Positions 1-12,027 are shown, numbered from the stretch's first letter. The stretch: DNA of 64,000 bases from Polyangiaceae bacterium (GCA_965222375.1 CBDCTZ010000014.1:288001-352000), one strand, 5' to 3'. Program-made: numbers and translations. The notes: generated by a model not told the origin, from the letters alone.

Positions 1-915
1 GAGCAAGCACTGTCGGCTTTCCTGGTGAACGCCACCTTTTCGCAAGTGGCCGAGTCCGCGAAGGTCGGAAAGGTCAAGCTCAACCCGGGCAAGATCAATA
101 CGTGTGTGAAAGAGTTCCAGGCGCTGGCCTGCAGGGACGTGAGCTTCGACTTCCCGGCGCCCTGTCGCAAGGTCGTGGAGGGGCTCGTCGCCAAGGATCA
201 GTCCTGCGCGCATACCTTGGAGTGTCAACTTGGGCTGTACTGCTCCGTTACCGCTACCGGGACCTGTCCGGGTAAGTGCGCACCCTTTCGAAAGAGTGGC
301 GAGTCTTGCTCAGGACTCGACCCCTGCGAAGCGGGTCTGGGCTGCACTCAGGGCAAGTGCGCGCCGTTTGCTGCGGTGGACGGGGACTGCGAGGGTCCAA
401 CTGGCGTGGAATGCGAGGTCGGTGCTTTCTGTTTCGGCGACAAGGACGGCACGGCCCCGGAAGCCGGAAAATGCGTGGACACCAAGGGGATCTTCTCCCG
501 GGAGCCTGCGCAGCCTTGTTCCAGTTGGCTAGATGCTCTGGTCAATCCGGCCGCGTTCACGTTGTGCAAGAACGGCGTCTGTCCAGTGTCCAAGTTGAAT
601 CCAACTTGCAGCAGTTTTCTAGCGACGCCGGGCTCGCCTTGCGAACTGTCACTGCCGGATCCATGTCCGAACGGCCAATACTGCAGCACCTTGCAGAAGA
701 AGTGCATTGACCTGCCCACCGACGGCGAAGCTTGCGCACCCGCGTCATCGGTCAAGGGACCCTGCAAAGCGGGCCATAGCTGCAACGGACTCACGTGCGA
801 TCTCCAACTCGCCAACGGGCAGCAGTGTGACGCCGACGAACAATGCTTCAGTGGTCGTTGCGATCTGGGCGCCAGCAACCAGTGCATCCCGCCGGGGTGT
901 CCCGTGATGCCGTAA
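1..915 (+). CDS. Cys-rich repeat secreted/lipoprotein (5' end outside window)
   Basis: Frame is open from base 1. Repeated C-x5-C-x-x-G-x-x-C disulfide-type modules typical of myxobacterial surface proteins. Confidence 0.75.
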   Translation, partial: EQALSAFLVNATFSQVAESAKVGKVKLNPGKINTCVKEFQALACRDVSFDFPAPCRKVVEGLVAKDQSCAHTLECQLGLYCSVTATGTCPGKCAPFRKSGESCSGLDPCEAGLGCTQGKCAPFAAVDGDCEGPTGVECEVGAFCFGDKDGTAPEAGKCVDTKGIFSREPAQPCSSWLDALVNPAAFTLCKNGVCPVSKLNPTCSSFLATPGSPCELSLPDPCPNGQYCSTLQKKCIDLPTDGEACAPASSVKGPCKAGHSCNGLTCDLQLANGQQCDADEQCFSGRCDLGASNQCIPPGCPVMP

Positions 916-1107
916 CTCCGCAGCGTCGACTCAGAGCGGGCGACTGCACCGCCCTTCCCACCGGGCCAGCGCCCGTCAGCGCGTGCGAGACAGTACGCCC
1001 GTGCCGAAGTGACTTCGGCGGCCTGGGTTTTCGCATGATCTGCAGCGAATGCAGGCGCTTGCGCGAGGCTATGGTAATTTGCTTTTCGGCCTCAGCCCCC
1101 TGAGACG

Positions 1108-2565
1108 ATGAAAACTTACACCCTGCTTGCCTCGATAGGTGCGGCGCTCATCGCGAGCTCTTGCGCGTTTCTCCTGGACTTTGGCGAGCTTCAAGATGAC
1201 CCGGGCGCAGACGCCTCCCTGGGCGGAAGTGCTGGCGCGTCGGGTTCGTCGGGAAGTTCCGGCGCTTCAGGGAGCGGCGGTAGCGATGGCGACGCGGGCA
1301 CGGACGCGTCGGCGGTGGAGTGCAGTGGCGCTGCCGATTGCGACGATCAGGATCCATTCACCACCGACACGTGTGAAAACAAAATCTGCAAGTACGCCGC
1401 CAACGGAAAGCTTGTGGAAGATGGGTTCGTACTGGATCAGAGCGCTCCCTACGCGCGTCGCGTAACTCTGGCTGCTGGCGGCAACACGTTCTTCGTGTCG
1501 ACGTATCAGGCGAACCTGGTTGGCACGACCATCTACGACACACGGCTCTCCGCATTTGCCTCGGACGCCACTTCCGCGCAAGCGCTTCCGGGCGTTCCGG
1601 TGGCAAATCTACTCCCGTTGCCAGATGGTGGAACCAGCGAAACCGCTCTAAGTGCGATTGGCATGCGGGCGGATGCGAGCGGGGTGGACGCTTTCTTCGC
1701 CACCAGTCCCTCTTTAGGAAAAGCCAAAGTCTGGTACGCGAAGTTTGGCGGTCAGCTCCAGGTGCTCGTGCCGCCAAAAGAGCTGAGTTCGGATTACAAT
1801 GGAATTGATACGCGCCGCCACCCCATGGCTCAGATGATTGGGCAAGATGTCGTCGGATACTGGATTGGATCGGGCGGAACTATCAACGTTCAAGGACCGA
1901 GCAAGACAGTCGGCGCTTTTGCTGAGAGCGCGGCCTATGTGGCGCCCGTCGCGACCGCCGCCGGCGACCACTCCTATTTCCTAAAGAATGCGGACGAAAC
2001 GGCGTTTCACTACAAGTTTGGAAGCACGAGGAAAGCGAACCCGGACTGCAACCTCTCGCCGGATGCGACGAATTGGGGGCCCATCGCAGCGACCAGCCCG
2101 ACGCCGGGCCTGGCGTTTGTCGCCTACTCCTCGGGAAGTGTGCTTGGCGCAACCGTGTCGGAGATCCGACTCGTGGTCTGTGATGGGGACAACTGCACCA
2201 CGGTGGGCACCTGTTCAAACGACGCCAGCATTCCCAATGGTCGCAATCCCGCCCTCGATTCGGTGCTCACTTCCGCGACCCTCAAGTCCGGCGTTCGCGT
2301 GCGCGTGGCATCGGTCACGCCCGTTGCCGATGGCACGGCGACGAGCATGGCCCTCGCTCTCAGTTTCTTCGATCCAGGCAGTGCAGGGAAGAACTCTGGG
2401 ACGTACATTATCAATGTCGTCACTGACCAAAAGGGGGCGAAGACCGTTACGGCCGATTATCCCGCGGTTGCCATTCTGGGTGACAAGGTCGTCGTCGCCT
2501 GGATCGATGGCGCCGAAGGCGCGCAGGTGGTCCACCTGCGCCGCTACAAGCTCGCCCCACCCTGA
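1108..2565 (+). CDS. Putative lipoprotein with Gly/Ser linker and beta-rich C-terminal domain
   Basis: Signal peptide ending ASSC; GGSAGASG linker; CDDQDPFTTDTC Cys module. Confidence 0.8.
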   Translation: MKTYTLLASIGAALIASSCAFLLDFGELQDDPGADASLGGSAGASGSSGSSGASGSGGSDGDAGTDASAVECSGAADCDDQDPFTTDTCENKICKYAANGKLVEDGFVLDQSAPYARRVTLAAGGNTFFVSTYQANLVGTTIYDTRLSAFASDATSAQALPGVPVANLLPLPDGGTSETALSAIGMRADASGVDAFFATSPSLGKAKVWYAKFGGQLQVLVPPKELSSDYNGIDTRRHPMAQMIGQDVVGYWIGSGGTINVQGPSKTVGAFAESAAYVAPVATAAGDHSYFLKNADETAFHYKFGSTRKANPDCNLSPDATNWGPIAATSPTPGLAFVAYSSGSVLGATVSEIRLVVCDGDNCTTVGTCSNDASIPNGRNPALDSVLTSATLKSGVRVRVASVTPVADGTATSMALALSFFDPGSAGKNSGTYIINVVTDQKGAKTVTADYPAVAILGDKVVVAWIDGAEGAQVVHLRRYKLAPP

Positions 2566-2623
2566 GTTGCCGCTCGGACAAGTGAGCGTGGCGGGAAGTC
2601 GTGAGTATCGCTATGCTTGTCGA

Positions 2624-2896
2624 ATGCTACGGCACTGCGCGTTGGTGTTGTTCTTGGCCGCACCCGTGCTTGCTTGCGACCGCCCACCCGGCGCCGGCGG
2701 CCTAGAGCGCCGCGAATGCAACGAGTTGATGCGCCGGGTCGACCGCCTGAAGAACGCCGACATGGGCACGGCCAACGACGTGGCGCGCAATCGGAGGGTG
2801 GACCGCTGTATGGATCGCGGCACTCGACAGTGGGCAGACTGCATCAAGTTTGCGGAAACCGCTTCAGCGGTCAACGACTGCGACCGACTACTGTAG
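2624..2896 (+). CDS. Small Cys-containing helical lipoprotein
   Basis: ATG at 2624 inside the 1988..2896 ORF; lipobox VLAC; Cys spacing resembles the proteins at 52509-53098. Confidence 0.7.
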   Translation: MLRHCALVLFLAAPVLACDRPPGAGGLERRECNELMRRVDRLKNADMGTANDVARNRRVDRCMDRGTRQWADCIKFAETASAVNDCDRLL

Positions 2897-2933
2897 TCTC
2901 GTTGGAGCGCCGACTCCAAGCTTACGAACTGCG

Positions 2934-4220
2934 ATGATTCTCCAAGGACCGGATTTTCAGAAACACGTCTTGGTGCTAGTCGGCCTTCCCGCTCGAGGCA
3001 AGACCTTCGTGGCACGCAAGATCGCGCGCTACCTCTCCTGGCTGGGTTACGCCACGCGAAGCTTCAACGTTGGCGAGTACCGGCGCGCAATCGCCGGCGC
3101 CAAGCAGCCCGCGAGCTTCTTTGCACCCGACGCAGAGCATCGCGAGTTGCGCGAACGCATCGCGATGAAGACCCTCGACGACCTGCTCGCGTACTTGGGC
3201 GAGCGTGGGGACGTTGCCATTTACGATGCGACGAACACCGAAAAGGACCGCCGGCAGCGCGTCTACGAGCGCTGCAAGGCCGCTGGTGCGGAGGTCATCT
3301 TCATCGAGTCCATCTGCGAAGACGATGCCGTTGTCGAAGCCAACGTCCGGGAAAACAAGTTGCGTTCACCGGACTACCAGGAGATGGCCCCGGAAGCCGC
3401 AGTCTCGGATTTTCGTGAACGAATTGCCCAATATGAACGCACCTACGAGCCGGTCGATGATGAAGACCGCTGCTATGTGAAGCTCATCGACGTGGGGCGC
3501 AAGGTCGTGGTCAACCGCATGCAGGGCTACCTCGGCGCTCGGCTGGTCTTCTTCTTGATGAACCTGCACTCGGGTCGTCGCAAGATCTGGCTAACTCGCC
3601 ACGGTGAGAGCGAGTTCAACCTCGAGGGTCGTATTGGCGGCAATCCACCGCTATCGGAGCGCGGACGTGCGTACGCGCAAAGCTTGGTGGAGTTCTTTGC
3701 TGCCACCAAGCCCGAGCGCTTGGAGGCGTGGACCAGCAGTCTGGACCGGTCCATCAGCACCGCAGAACCCCTGCCGGCTACGAAGCTAGTCCGCCGAGCT
3801 CTCGACGAAATCGATGCTGGGGTCTGTGACAGCATGACCTATCGAGAAATCCGCGAGACGATGCCCGTCGAGTACCGCGCCCGAGCTGCCGACAAGTTCC
3901 GCTATCGCTATCCGGATGGTGAATCCTACATTGACGTGATTCAGCGCCTGGAGCCCGTCATCTTCGACTTGGAACGTCAAAAGGCTCCGGTGCTCGTGGT
4001 CGCTCACCACGCCATCGCTCGGGCGCTGTATGCCTACCTCATGGGGCGGCCCCAGGAGGACACGCCCCACGTGTTCATGCCACTGCATACACTGATCGAG
4101 CTGACACCGACGGCCTACGGCTATGAAGAAAAGCGTTTCGAACTTGGCCCGCACGTCCAGAACGAGGACACCCTGCACCCCATGAGCGTGGGCTCGCCAC
4201 CACTTCCGCCGCTGCCCTGA
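2934..4220 (+). CDS. Bifunctional 6-phosphofructo-2-kinase/fructose-2,6-bisphosphatase (PFKFB-like)
   Basis: Kinase motifs VGLPARGKT, FNVGEYRR, YDATN, FIESIC, SPDY; histidine-phosphatase motifs LTRHGES, LDEIDAG, YRYPDGESY, VAHHA. Confidence 0.92.
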   Translation: MILQGPDFQKHVLVLVGLPARGKTFVARKIARYLSWLGYATRSFNVGEYRRAIAGAKQPASFFAPDAEHRELRERIAMKTLDDLLAYLGERGDVAIYDATNTEKDRRQRVYERCKAAGAEVIFIESICEDDAVVEANVRENKLRSPDYQEMAPEAAVSDFRERIAQYERTYEPVDDEDRCYVKLIDVGRKVVVNRMQGYLGARLVFFLMNLHSGRRKIWLTRHGESEFNLEGRIGGNPPLSERGRAYAQSLVEFFAATKPERLEAWTSSLDRSISTAEPLPATKLVRRALDEIDAGVCDSMTYREIRETMPVEYRARAADKFRYRYPDGESYIDVIQRLEPVIFDLERQKAPVLVVAHHAIARALYAYLMGRPQEDTPHVFMPLHTLIELTPTAYGYEEKRFELGPHVQNEDTLHPMSVGSPPLPPLP

Positions 4221-4272
4221 CTCGACGCCCCAAGCGTTGGCTTCGCTTCGCGGAGCCGCCTGCGAGCCGTAG

Positions 4273-5130
<858 letters not shown>

Positions 5131-5348
5131 GGCACTGAGGTTGTGCAACCCGCGGTCCATGCGCTCGGCCAGCAAGACGTCCGGAAAAACTGCATCATCG
5201 AGGATTCCGCGGAACACTCCACGCTAGCAAAAGTCAAATGATTACAGCTCATTAGCGCTGTGACTCCGTCGCTGGCCCAGTCCTGTGACACCTGGGAAGC
5301 GAAAAGACCGCGCTTGGCCGGATCTCAAGCTTCGTCCCCAACGACCGT

Positions 5349-5780
5349 TTGACGTTACTAATGGGGAACGCCGCTCGCCCTAGTGTACTGATCGTCGATG
5401 ATGACCCCGTCTGCCTCGAGCTGACTAGCGCGGTGCTCGAGAACGCGGGCTTTGCCGTGATTTCCCGGAGCTCGCCCTTGGGCTTGAGTGCGGTGTTTTC
5501 ACGCACGCCTCCGGATGTCGCTCTAATTGACGTCAGCATGCCAGCGCTGCGGGGCGACCGCGTAGTGGAGATACTGAAGCGCTACTTCACGGACGAAGCA
5601 GAGCGTGCTCACCGCTGTGCCGTGGTTTTATTCTCCGGTCTGTCACCCGGTGAGTTGATGAAGATCGCGGACGCCTGTGGTGCCGACGCCTTCCTCTCCA
5701 AGTCTGTACCTCCGGAGGAGCTTGGGCCAAGGCTCAAGAACATCATCGCTCGTTGCCGCGAAGAACCCGTTGCATGCTGA
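5349..5780 (+). CDS. Single-domain response regulator (receiver)
   Basis: VLIVDDDP, LIDVSMP, conserved Lys in FLSKS. Start could be ATG 5361. Confidence 0.85.
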   Translation: MTLLMGNAARPSVLIVDDDPVCLELTSAVLENAGFAVISRSSPLGLSAVFSRTPPDVALIDVSMPALRGDRVVEILKRYFTDEAERAHRCAVVLFSGLSPGELMKIADACGADAFLSKSVPPEELGPRLKNIIARCREEPVAC

Positions 5781-5790
5781 AGGAGCTTTC

Positions 5791-6954
5791 ATGTCCGACG
5801 ATTCGAACGACACGCTGAAGGTCAAAAAGGGCGCGAGCCGCGCACAAGATCCAGTCGCTGCGGCGCGGGAGCTGGCCGAGGCCATCCGTCAACCCAACAC
5901 GAAGTTCGCGCTCTTTTATTGTTCGCCGCACTACGATCTCGACGTCTTGGGCAAAGCGCTCACGGCAGAGCTTCCCGGAATCGAGCTGATTGGCTGCACT
6001 ACGGCCGGCGAAATCACACCCATCGGCTACCTGGAAGGTGCCTTGACCGGCGTCAGCATTGCGAGCGAAGACCTCCGCGCAGTCAGCCGCCGGGTCGACA
6101 ACCTGGACGAATTCGAATTCGTTCAGGGAGAGCAGGTCGCCAAAGACCTGCTCCAGACCCTTCGCCACGAAGGTCGTGAGGCCAACGGCGAGAATACCTT
6201 CGGGTTTCTGTTGATCGATGGCCTCTCGACCAAGGAGGAGGGCGTCGTCAGCGCCATCTATCGCGGCTTGGGCAACATCCAGCTGTTTGGCGGGTCGGCG
6301 GGAGACGGCACGCGATTCGAAGCGACCTATGTTTTCCACGAAGGGAAGTTCCGAAAGAACTGCGCAGTGTTCACCCTGTTCCACACGGCGCACCCTTTCG
6401 TGGTGTTCAAGACGCAACACTTCGTCAGCTCCGAAGACAAGATGGTCGTGACCGAGGCGGATCCCGCTCGCCGCATCGTGACCGAGATCAATGGGGAACC
6501 TGCGGGCCGTGAGTACGCGCGCATGGTGGGGCTAGAGGTGGACAAACTCACGCCTCTCATCTTCTCGACCTACCCCGTCGTGGTGAATCTAGGCGGGAGC
6601 TACTACGTGCGCTCGATCCAGAAAGTCAACGAAGACGAGAGCCTCACTTTCTTCTGCGCCATCGACGAAGGCATCGTGCTGACCGTGGCGCGTGGCGTCG
6701 ACCTGATCGAAAACCTGGAGCAGACCTTTGACGGCATTCGGCGCCAAGTCGGTGAGCCGGAACTCATATTGGGTTGCGACTGCATCCTGCGCCATCTGGA
6801 GATCGACCAGAGAGAAATCACCGATCAGGTCGCGGAGCTCTTGGCTCGAAACAACGTGATTGGCTTCGCGACCTATGGTGAGCAGTACAACGCCCTGCAC
6901 GTGAACCAGACGTTTACGGGAGTCGCACTCGGAACGCTAAAGAAGGCTTCATGA
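5791..6954 (+). CDS. nosP: FIST-domain NO/heme sensor, NosP-like
   Basis: [44 protein letters not shown]...HVNQT; AGGAG RBS upstream of ATG 5791. Confidence 0.88.
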   Translation: MSDDSNDTLKVKKGASRAQDPVAAARELAEAIRQPNTKFALFYCSPHYDLDVLGKALTAELPGIELIGCTTAGEITPIGYLEGALTGVSIASEDLRAVSRRVDNLDEFEFVQGEQVAKDLLQTLRHEGREANGENTFGFLLIDGLSTKEEGVVSAIYRGLGNIQLFGGSAGDGTRFEATYVFHEGKFRKNCAVFTLFHTAHPFVVFKTQHFVSSEDKMVVTEADPARRIVTEINGEPAGREYARMVGLEVDKLTPLIFSTYPVVVNLGGSYYVRSIQKVNEDESLTFFCAIDEGIVLTVARGVDLIENLEQTFDGIRRQVGEPELILGCDCILRHLEIDQREITDQVAELLARNNVIGFATYGEQYNALHVNQTFTGVALGTLKKAS

Positions 6955-9236
6955 CCGAATCGACGGAGCGAGAGCGGGAGCTCGCCGCCACCGTTCGGAA
7001 GCTGGAAAAGATCAACAAGGTCCTGATGGCCCGCGTCGAACGTGGGATGGAGATGCAGGGCGGCGCCTTCTCGCTGTTTCAGGCTGCCACGGCGTTGGAA
7101 AAGGAAGTTCAGACTCGCACCGCCGCCCTCAAGGCTACCCTGCACGAGCTGGAACGCTCCAACCGAGAGCTCACAGCAGCCAAGGAGGCTGCCGACGCTG
7201 CCAACCGCGCCAAGTCCGAGTTTCTGGCCAACATGAGTCACGAGATCCGAACGCCCATGAACGGTGTGTTGGGCATGACCGAGTTACTCTTGGCCACCCA
7301 GCTGAAGGAAAACCAGGGCAAGCTGGTCGGCACGATCCAACGCTCAGCCGAGTCGCTCCTCGGGATCATCAACGACATCCTGGACTTCTCGAAAATAGAA
7401 GCAGGTCGTCTCGAACTCGAGCAGATCGATTTCAACCTGCGTGACGCCGTCGAAGAAACACTGGAGCTCTTCTCCGAACGGGCGTCGCGTAACGGCATCG
7501 AGCTGATCTGTGACATGCCCCGGGACCTGCCGGACCACGTCAAAGGGGACCCCGGCAGGTTGCGCCAGGTGCTGACGAATCTCGTGGGCAATGCGCTCAA
7601 GTTCACCGAGGCGGGCGAAGTGGAGCTGACGGTTCGCGAGCGAGAGCGGAGTGGCGAAACGTGTCTACTCAAGTTCGAGGTCCGCGACACGGGAATCGGG
7701 CTCAGTCCGGAAGCGTCGGCGCGAGTTTTCGACTCCTTCAGTCAGGCGGACGGCTCGACTACGCGAAAGTACGGCGGCACGGGACTTGGCCTAGCCATTA
7801 CTCAGCGTTTGACACACCTGATGAATGGCGAAATGGGGGTCGAGTCAGAGCTGGGGGTTGGCTCCACGTTCTGGTTCAGTGCCGAGCTCAGCTTGGCGCC
7901 CCAACCTGAAGCCAAGGCTGAGGCCTCCTGGCCCAAGCTGCGGGCCCTCGTCGTCGACCCCAACGCAGCGTCCCTGCGCGCTCTGCAGCAGCTGCTCGAG
8001 AGTTTCGGGATGGAAGTCGTTGGCGCAAAGGAACCAGGTGCGGCGCAGTCCGCCCTGGAGCACGCCCGGGTGGACTTGGTGCTGCTCGACTCCCTCGCGC
8101 CCGGAGCCAAGGGGATTCGAGAGCGGTTGGCAGACTTGTCCACTCCGTGCCTCACGCTGGAGCGGGTCGGATGTGAGCGTACTCAGTCTTGTGCCGATTC
8201 GCTCGCCAACGCGGAGCGCTTGGTGAAGCCCGTTCGACTGCGCCGGCTGAGCGCCGCCATCGCCCGCGCCCTGGGCGAACAAGCGGCACTGGAGTCGCCA
8301 CATGATTCATCGAGTACGCGGGGCGCCGTGTTTGCCGAGAAACTGGAGTGTCGCGTGCTGGTCGGCGAGGACAACCCCGTGAACCAGGAGGTCGTGCTCG
8401 GCATGCTCGGGCTCTTGGGTTGCGAAAGTGATCTGGTTGACAACGGGGTCGCCGTCCTCCGAGCGCTGGAAGCTGCGTCCTACGACGTCGTCCTGATGGA
8501 CTGCCAAATGCCAAAGATGGACGGCTTCGAAACCACGCGCCAGATCCGAGCTCTCGAGACCAAGACCGGTGCTCCCCGCCAACACATCATCGCCCTAACC
8601 GCGAACGCGATGCAAGGCGATCGTGAGCGTTGCCTGGATGCTGGCATGGACGACTTCGTCAGCAAACCGTTCAAACCTCGACAACTCTACGAGGCACTAC
8701 GTCGTGGGGTCGGTGGCGGCTCCGAGCAGCTGCGCGACGAAGCCGTCACCTCCGAGTCAGCCAGCGACCGAGTCGATCAGGTCGAAAGCACGTCGTTGCC
8801 GCTCTTCGACCCAGCTGTATTGGAACGCGTCGCTGCAGCCGCTGGGTCCAGCGCTGGCAAGTTGGAAGGGCGCTTGCTGAGCATCTTCTTGGACAACAGC
8901 GGAGCCTGGCTGGCGGATGCAAAGCGTGGAGTTCAACAGCAAGAGGGACGAACCCTGAGAGCTGCCGCTCACACCCTGAAGAGCAGCAGTGCCAACGTGG
9001 GCGGCCTCTGTCTCGCCAAGCTCGCCACCCGCATGGAGCAGTTCGGGGCCGAATCCAAGCTCGCTGATGCCGCCAAGCTGTTGCCCGAGTTCGTATCCAC
9101 CTACGAGAAGACCTGCACCTTGTTCCGCGCTTGGCTCTCCAATCGGGACACACCGACACGCGAGTCCCGGAGGGCCCGAACTTCCCAGGCTGCAGACAAG
9201 GGCGACGCTAGCGCGGCGGCTCAAGGCGAGGGCTGA
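6951..9236 (+). CDS. Hybrid sensor histidine kinase (HisKA-HATPase-REC-REC-HPt), NahK-like
   Basis: H-box [13 protein letters not shown]1, F and G2 boxes; REC MDCQMP; HPt [12 protein letters not shown] overlap with the FIST gene; no transmembrane helix seen. Confidence 0.92.
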   Translation: MTESTERERELAATVRKLEKINKVLMARVERGMEMQGGAFSLFQAATALEKEVQTRTAALKATLHELERSNRELTAAKEAADAANRAKSEFLANMSHEIRTPMNGVLGMTELLLATQLKENQGKLVGTIQRSAESLLGIINDILDFSKIEAGRLELEQIDFNLRDAVEETLELFSERASRNGIELICDMPRDLPDHVKGDPGRLRQVLTNLVGNALKFTEAGEVELTVRERERSGETCLLKFEVRDTGIGLSPEASARVFDSFSQADGSTTRKYGGTGLGLAITQRLTHLMNGEMGVESELGVGSTFWFSAELSLAPQPEAKAEASWPKLRALVVDPNAASLRALQQLLESFGMEVVGAKEPGAAQSALEHARVDLVLLDSLAPGAKGIRERLADLSTPCLTLERVGCERTQSCADSLANAERLVKPVRLRRLSAAIARALGEQAALESPHDSSSTRGAVFAEKLECRVLVGEDNPVNQEVVLGMLGLLGCESDLVDNGVAVLRALEAASYDVVLMDCQMPKMDGFETTRQIRALETKTGAPRQHIIALTANAMQGDRERCLDAGMDDFVSKPFKPRQLYEALRRGVGGGSEQLRDEAVTSESASDRVDQVESTSLPLFDPAVLERVAAAAGSSAGKLEGRLLSIFLDNSGAWLADAKRGVQQQEGRTLRAAAHTLKSSSANVGGLCLAKLATRMEQFGAESKLADAAKLLPEFVSTYEKTCTLFRAWLSNRDTPTRESRRARTSQAADKGDASAAAQGEG

Positions 9237-9439
9237 ACGCGGCCTCCGCGCTAGGCGACTGCCCGACGGCGGTGAGTGAGCGGTGCGAGAAAGGGCCAGA
9301 GTACGTTTTTCATGGAGCCACAAATCCGAACAGACCCAACCCCTCTTCTTCGGCCCGTTCTCCTTCGGTCCTTACTGTTCATTCTCTGATTTGAGACGCT
9401 GCGAGCCAGGAAGCTCTGCAATTCGGGAGCGGGTGACAG

Positions 9440-9643
9440 CTACTTGACGAAGCCGACGTCGCAGCCCGAGCGAATGAGCAAGCTGGCTTGGCTATCGCTC
9501 TGGACCTTGGTGCAGGTATCCGGACATAGTTGGATCTGTTGGTTTTCGACGTAGAACGCCGTGGCGCTGCAATCCAATGGCCGCTTGACCTGCTTGAAGC
9601 TCTCCGCCTGCGCGCAGCCTCCCGGGGTGAAGTCCAGTTCCTC
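9440..9643 (-). pseudogene. Orphan C-terminal fragment of a myxobacterial vWA-type lipoprotein
   Basis: Start-less frame reading ...FYVENQQIQLCPDTCTKVQSDSQASLLIRSGCDVGFVK*, preceded by an in-frame TGA at 9644-9646. Family resemblance is from recall. Confidence 0.5.
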
Positions 9644-9708
9644 TCAAAGGGAGAACTATTTTGAGTCCACGAACGTATTTGAGGCCATCCTGTGGAGCCA
9701 GAACTGCG

Positions 9709-12027
9709 ATGCGAACCGCCCTGTTCACCATCTGTGCTGCCGCGGTGGCGTGCCAAACCAAAGCGCCGCCGGTGGGTGGCCCTTCAGCAGGCCCCGCAAC
9801 TTCGGTCGCCGCGCCCGCACCAGAGATTGAACCCGCTACGCCCGATGCCGAGCACGATAAGCTCGTCGCGAAGAACCCACCGGGTCTGAGTTTCCGAATT
9901 CGGCTCGTTGAGGGGACGCGCTTCCGACAAGGCGAGCGGATCCGCGTCGAACTGAGCTTCGCGAGCTCCATCCCCAAGACCTACAAACTGGATGGCGGTC
10001 TATACGATCGCATCGGTCGCATGCATGTCGACGAGTTCAAGTTGAGTCCAGCGCTGACCCGGGATCCGCTGGGGGAGTATTTTGCCAATGGCATTGGTGG
10101 CATGGGCGGTATTCGGACCATGCCCGTGCTCACGGACGAGCCCTACAAGATGGTCTTCGACTTGAACGAGTGGCACCGCTTCGACAAGCCGGGTCGTTAC
10201 CAGCTGTACGTGACGTCGGGTCGGCTCAGTTGGGAAGATCCCGACCCTAGCGGAAAGCCGAAGCGTACTGAGGGTCGCAAAGTCACTTCACAGAACGTTG
10301 TGGCGTTTTCCGTGACCCGCTCACCACCGGGTTGGCGCGTCAAGACGCTTCGGGCCGCCAAGCTGGTGCTCGACTCCAAGGGCTCGAAGGACGAGGCCAA
10401 ACGAGAGGCGGCTCGCACGCTGCGCTTTCTGGGCACCGAGTCTGCAGCACGGGAAATGATCCGGCGCCTGAGCTCAGACGAATACAGCTACGAGCTCAGC
10501 TTCGGGCTCTACGGATCGCCGAAGCGCGCCCTGATCATCCGTGAAATGGAGGCGAACCTGCCGCGGCCCGACTATCCCGTGACGAGCACGTTCTTGCGGA
10601 CGCTCTCCGCCCTGAAGATCTGGACGGCCCTGCCGATTGCGCTTCCGAAGGCTGGCGTTTATGCGCGGGAAGCCGTCGACGAAAAAGCGTGGAAGCTGCG
10701 GCGGGAGAAGCAGAAACAGATCGATGAAGCGCTGGCGCAAAGGTTGGCGGATGGATTGAGCGGCAAGCAGCCCGACGCCCGCGCCGTGAGCACAGCAAGC
10801 TTGCTGTCATTGGGTCGCTCCAGGGCCAAGGACACACCGATACCCAAGTGGCTTGTGGCGGCACACGGCGAGCTGCCGAAAGTATTGGCCCGACTGCCGC
10901 ATCGAGAACTATCCCATCTGCTCAATTACGGCTTTCGCCCCATTGCTCATCTACCCCTCGCGCCGGCGCTGAAAGACTTGCTTTCGAAAAAGCAGCTTGA
11001 CGCCAACCTTCGCCAAGTTGCGCTCCGGCGGCTGTACGAACTGGATCCGGTTGAAGGGCGCCGGCGGATCCTCCAGGTCATTCGCAGTGGCCAGCCCGAC
11101 TTGGGCATCGCGCCGATGGCGGCACTCGGCATACTTCCGGACCGCGAGCTACCGAAGGCCGCGCCGGAGCTTGCCCGGCGATTGGAGCAGTGTGGGCCGC
11201 ACTGCCATCCGACCCAGCTCTGGGTGCTGGGCAGCTTGCTCAACCGCTACGGAACGCGGGCCGTCGCCAAGCGAGTGCGCGTGGTCTATGAGCGGAAGCC
11301 AGAGTGGGGCACGCGCGAGCAGGCGGCCTTCCTCGCCTACTTCTTGGGCGTCGAGCCGACGTATGGGGCTGAAGCGGTGCGCGCCGCGGTGAAGCAGCGA
11401 GGCAAGCTCTCGTCCACGAACATGCTCACCAAGCTGATTGCTGTAAGGACCGCGCCCGAGGTGGAGCGCTTGCTGATTGCCGAACTCGACAATCCCCGGG
11501 GGAACCTGGCCGGGGAAGCCGCTCGCGCTTTGGGTCGCTACGGCTCGGCAAAGGTGGAAGCGGCGCTGTGGCGGCGCATGGAGCGCTGGAACCGCGATTG
11601 GCGGGGTAAGGAGAAACAGCTGCGGCATCCTTTGATTGGGACCAATCCCAATTCTGGGCAGATCCAGCTCGAGCGCCATCTGTGGCGAGCAATTGCTTCC
11701 GGCCACGCCTGGATCGCCGATCACGACAAATTGACCAAGCTGCGGGCACTGCTCGTGACCGAGCAAGAGAGGAAGCAACTCGACTACAAGCTCAGCCAGT
11801 GGAAGCATGGGAGCTTCTCCATTCGCTGGCATCGACAGGACGACGGCAAGGTGCGGGTTTCCGTTGCGCAATACGATCTAGAGTCTCTCGAGGCGCTCTC
11901 CGCCAAGCTGGCGCAGTTTCCCCGGAGCACCCGTTTCGAATGGCGGCCCTACGCCGAAGCCAAGGGCGACTTCGAGGCCGCGAAGCGCGCGGCCGCCAAG
12001 GGCGGCTCCAAGTTGACGCGACCGTGA
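9709..12027 (+). CDS. Large lipoprotein with HEAT-like helical repeats, function unknown
   Basis: Lipobox AVAC; EAARTLRFLG and EAARALGRYG HEAT-like motifs. Confidence 0.75.
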   Translation: MRTALFTICAAAVACQTKAPPVGGPSAGPATSVAAPAPEIEPATPDAEHDKLVAKNPPGLSFRIRLVEGTRFRQGERIRVELSFASSIPKTYKLDGGLYDRIGRMHVDEFKLSPALTRDPLGEYFANGIGGMGGIRTMPVLTDEPYKMVFDLNEWHRFDKPGRYQLYVTSGRLSWEDPDPSGKPKRTEGRKVTSQNVVAFSVTRSPPGWRVKTLRAAKLVLDSKGSKDEAKREAARTLRFLGTESAAREMIRRLSSDEYSYELSFGLYGSPKRALIIREMEANLPRPDYPVTSTFLRTLSALKIWTALPIALPKAGVYAREAVDEKAWKLRREKQKQIDEALAQRLADGLSGKQPDARAVSTASLLSLGRSRAKDTPIPKWLVAAHGELPKVLARLPHRELSHLLNYGFRPIAHLPLAPALKDLLSKKQLDANLRQVALRRLYELDPVEGRRRILQVIRSGQPDLGIAPMAALGILPDRELPKAAPELARRLEQCGPHCHPTQLWVLGSLLNRYGTRAVAKRVRVVYERKPEWGTREQAAFLAYFLGVEPTYGAEAVRAAVKQRGKLSSTNMLTKLIAVRTAPEVERLLIAELDNPRGNLAGEAARALGRYGSAKVEAALWRRMERWNRDWRGKEKQLRHPLIGTNPNSGQIQLERHLWRAIASGHAWIADHDKLTKLRALLVTEQERKQLDYKLSQWKHGSFSIRWHRQDDGKVRVSVAQYDLESLEALSAKLAQFPRSTRFEWRPYAEAKGDFEAAKRAAAKGGSKLTRP

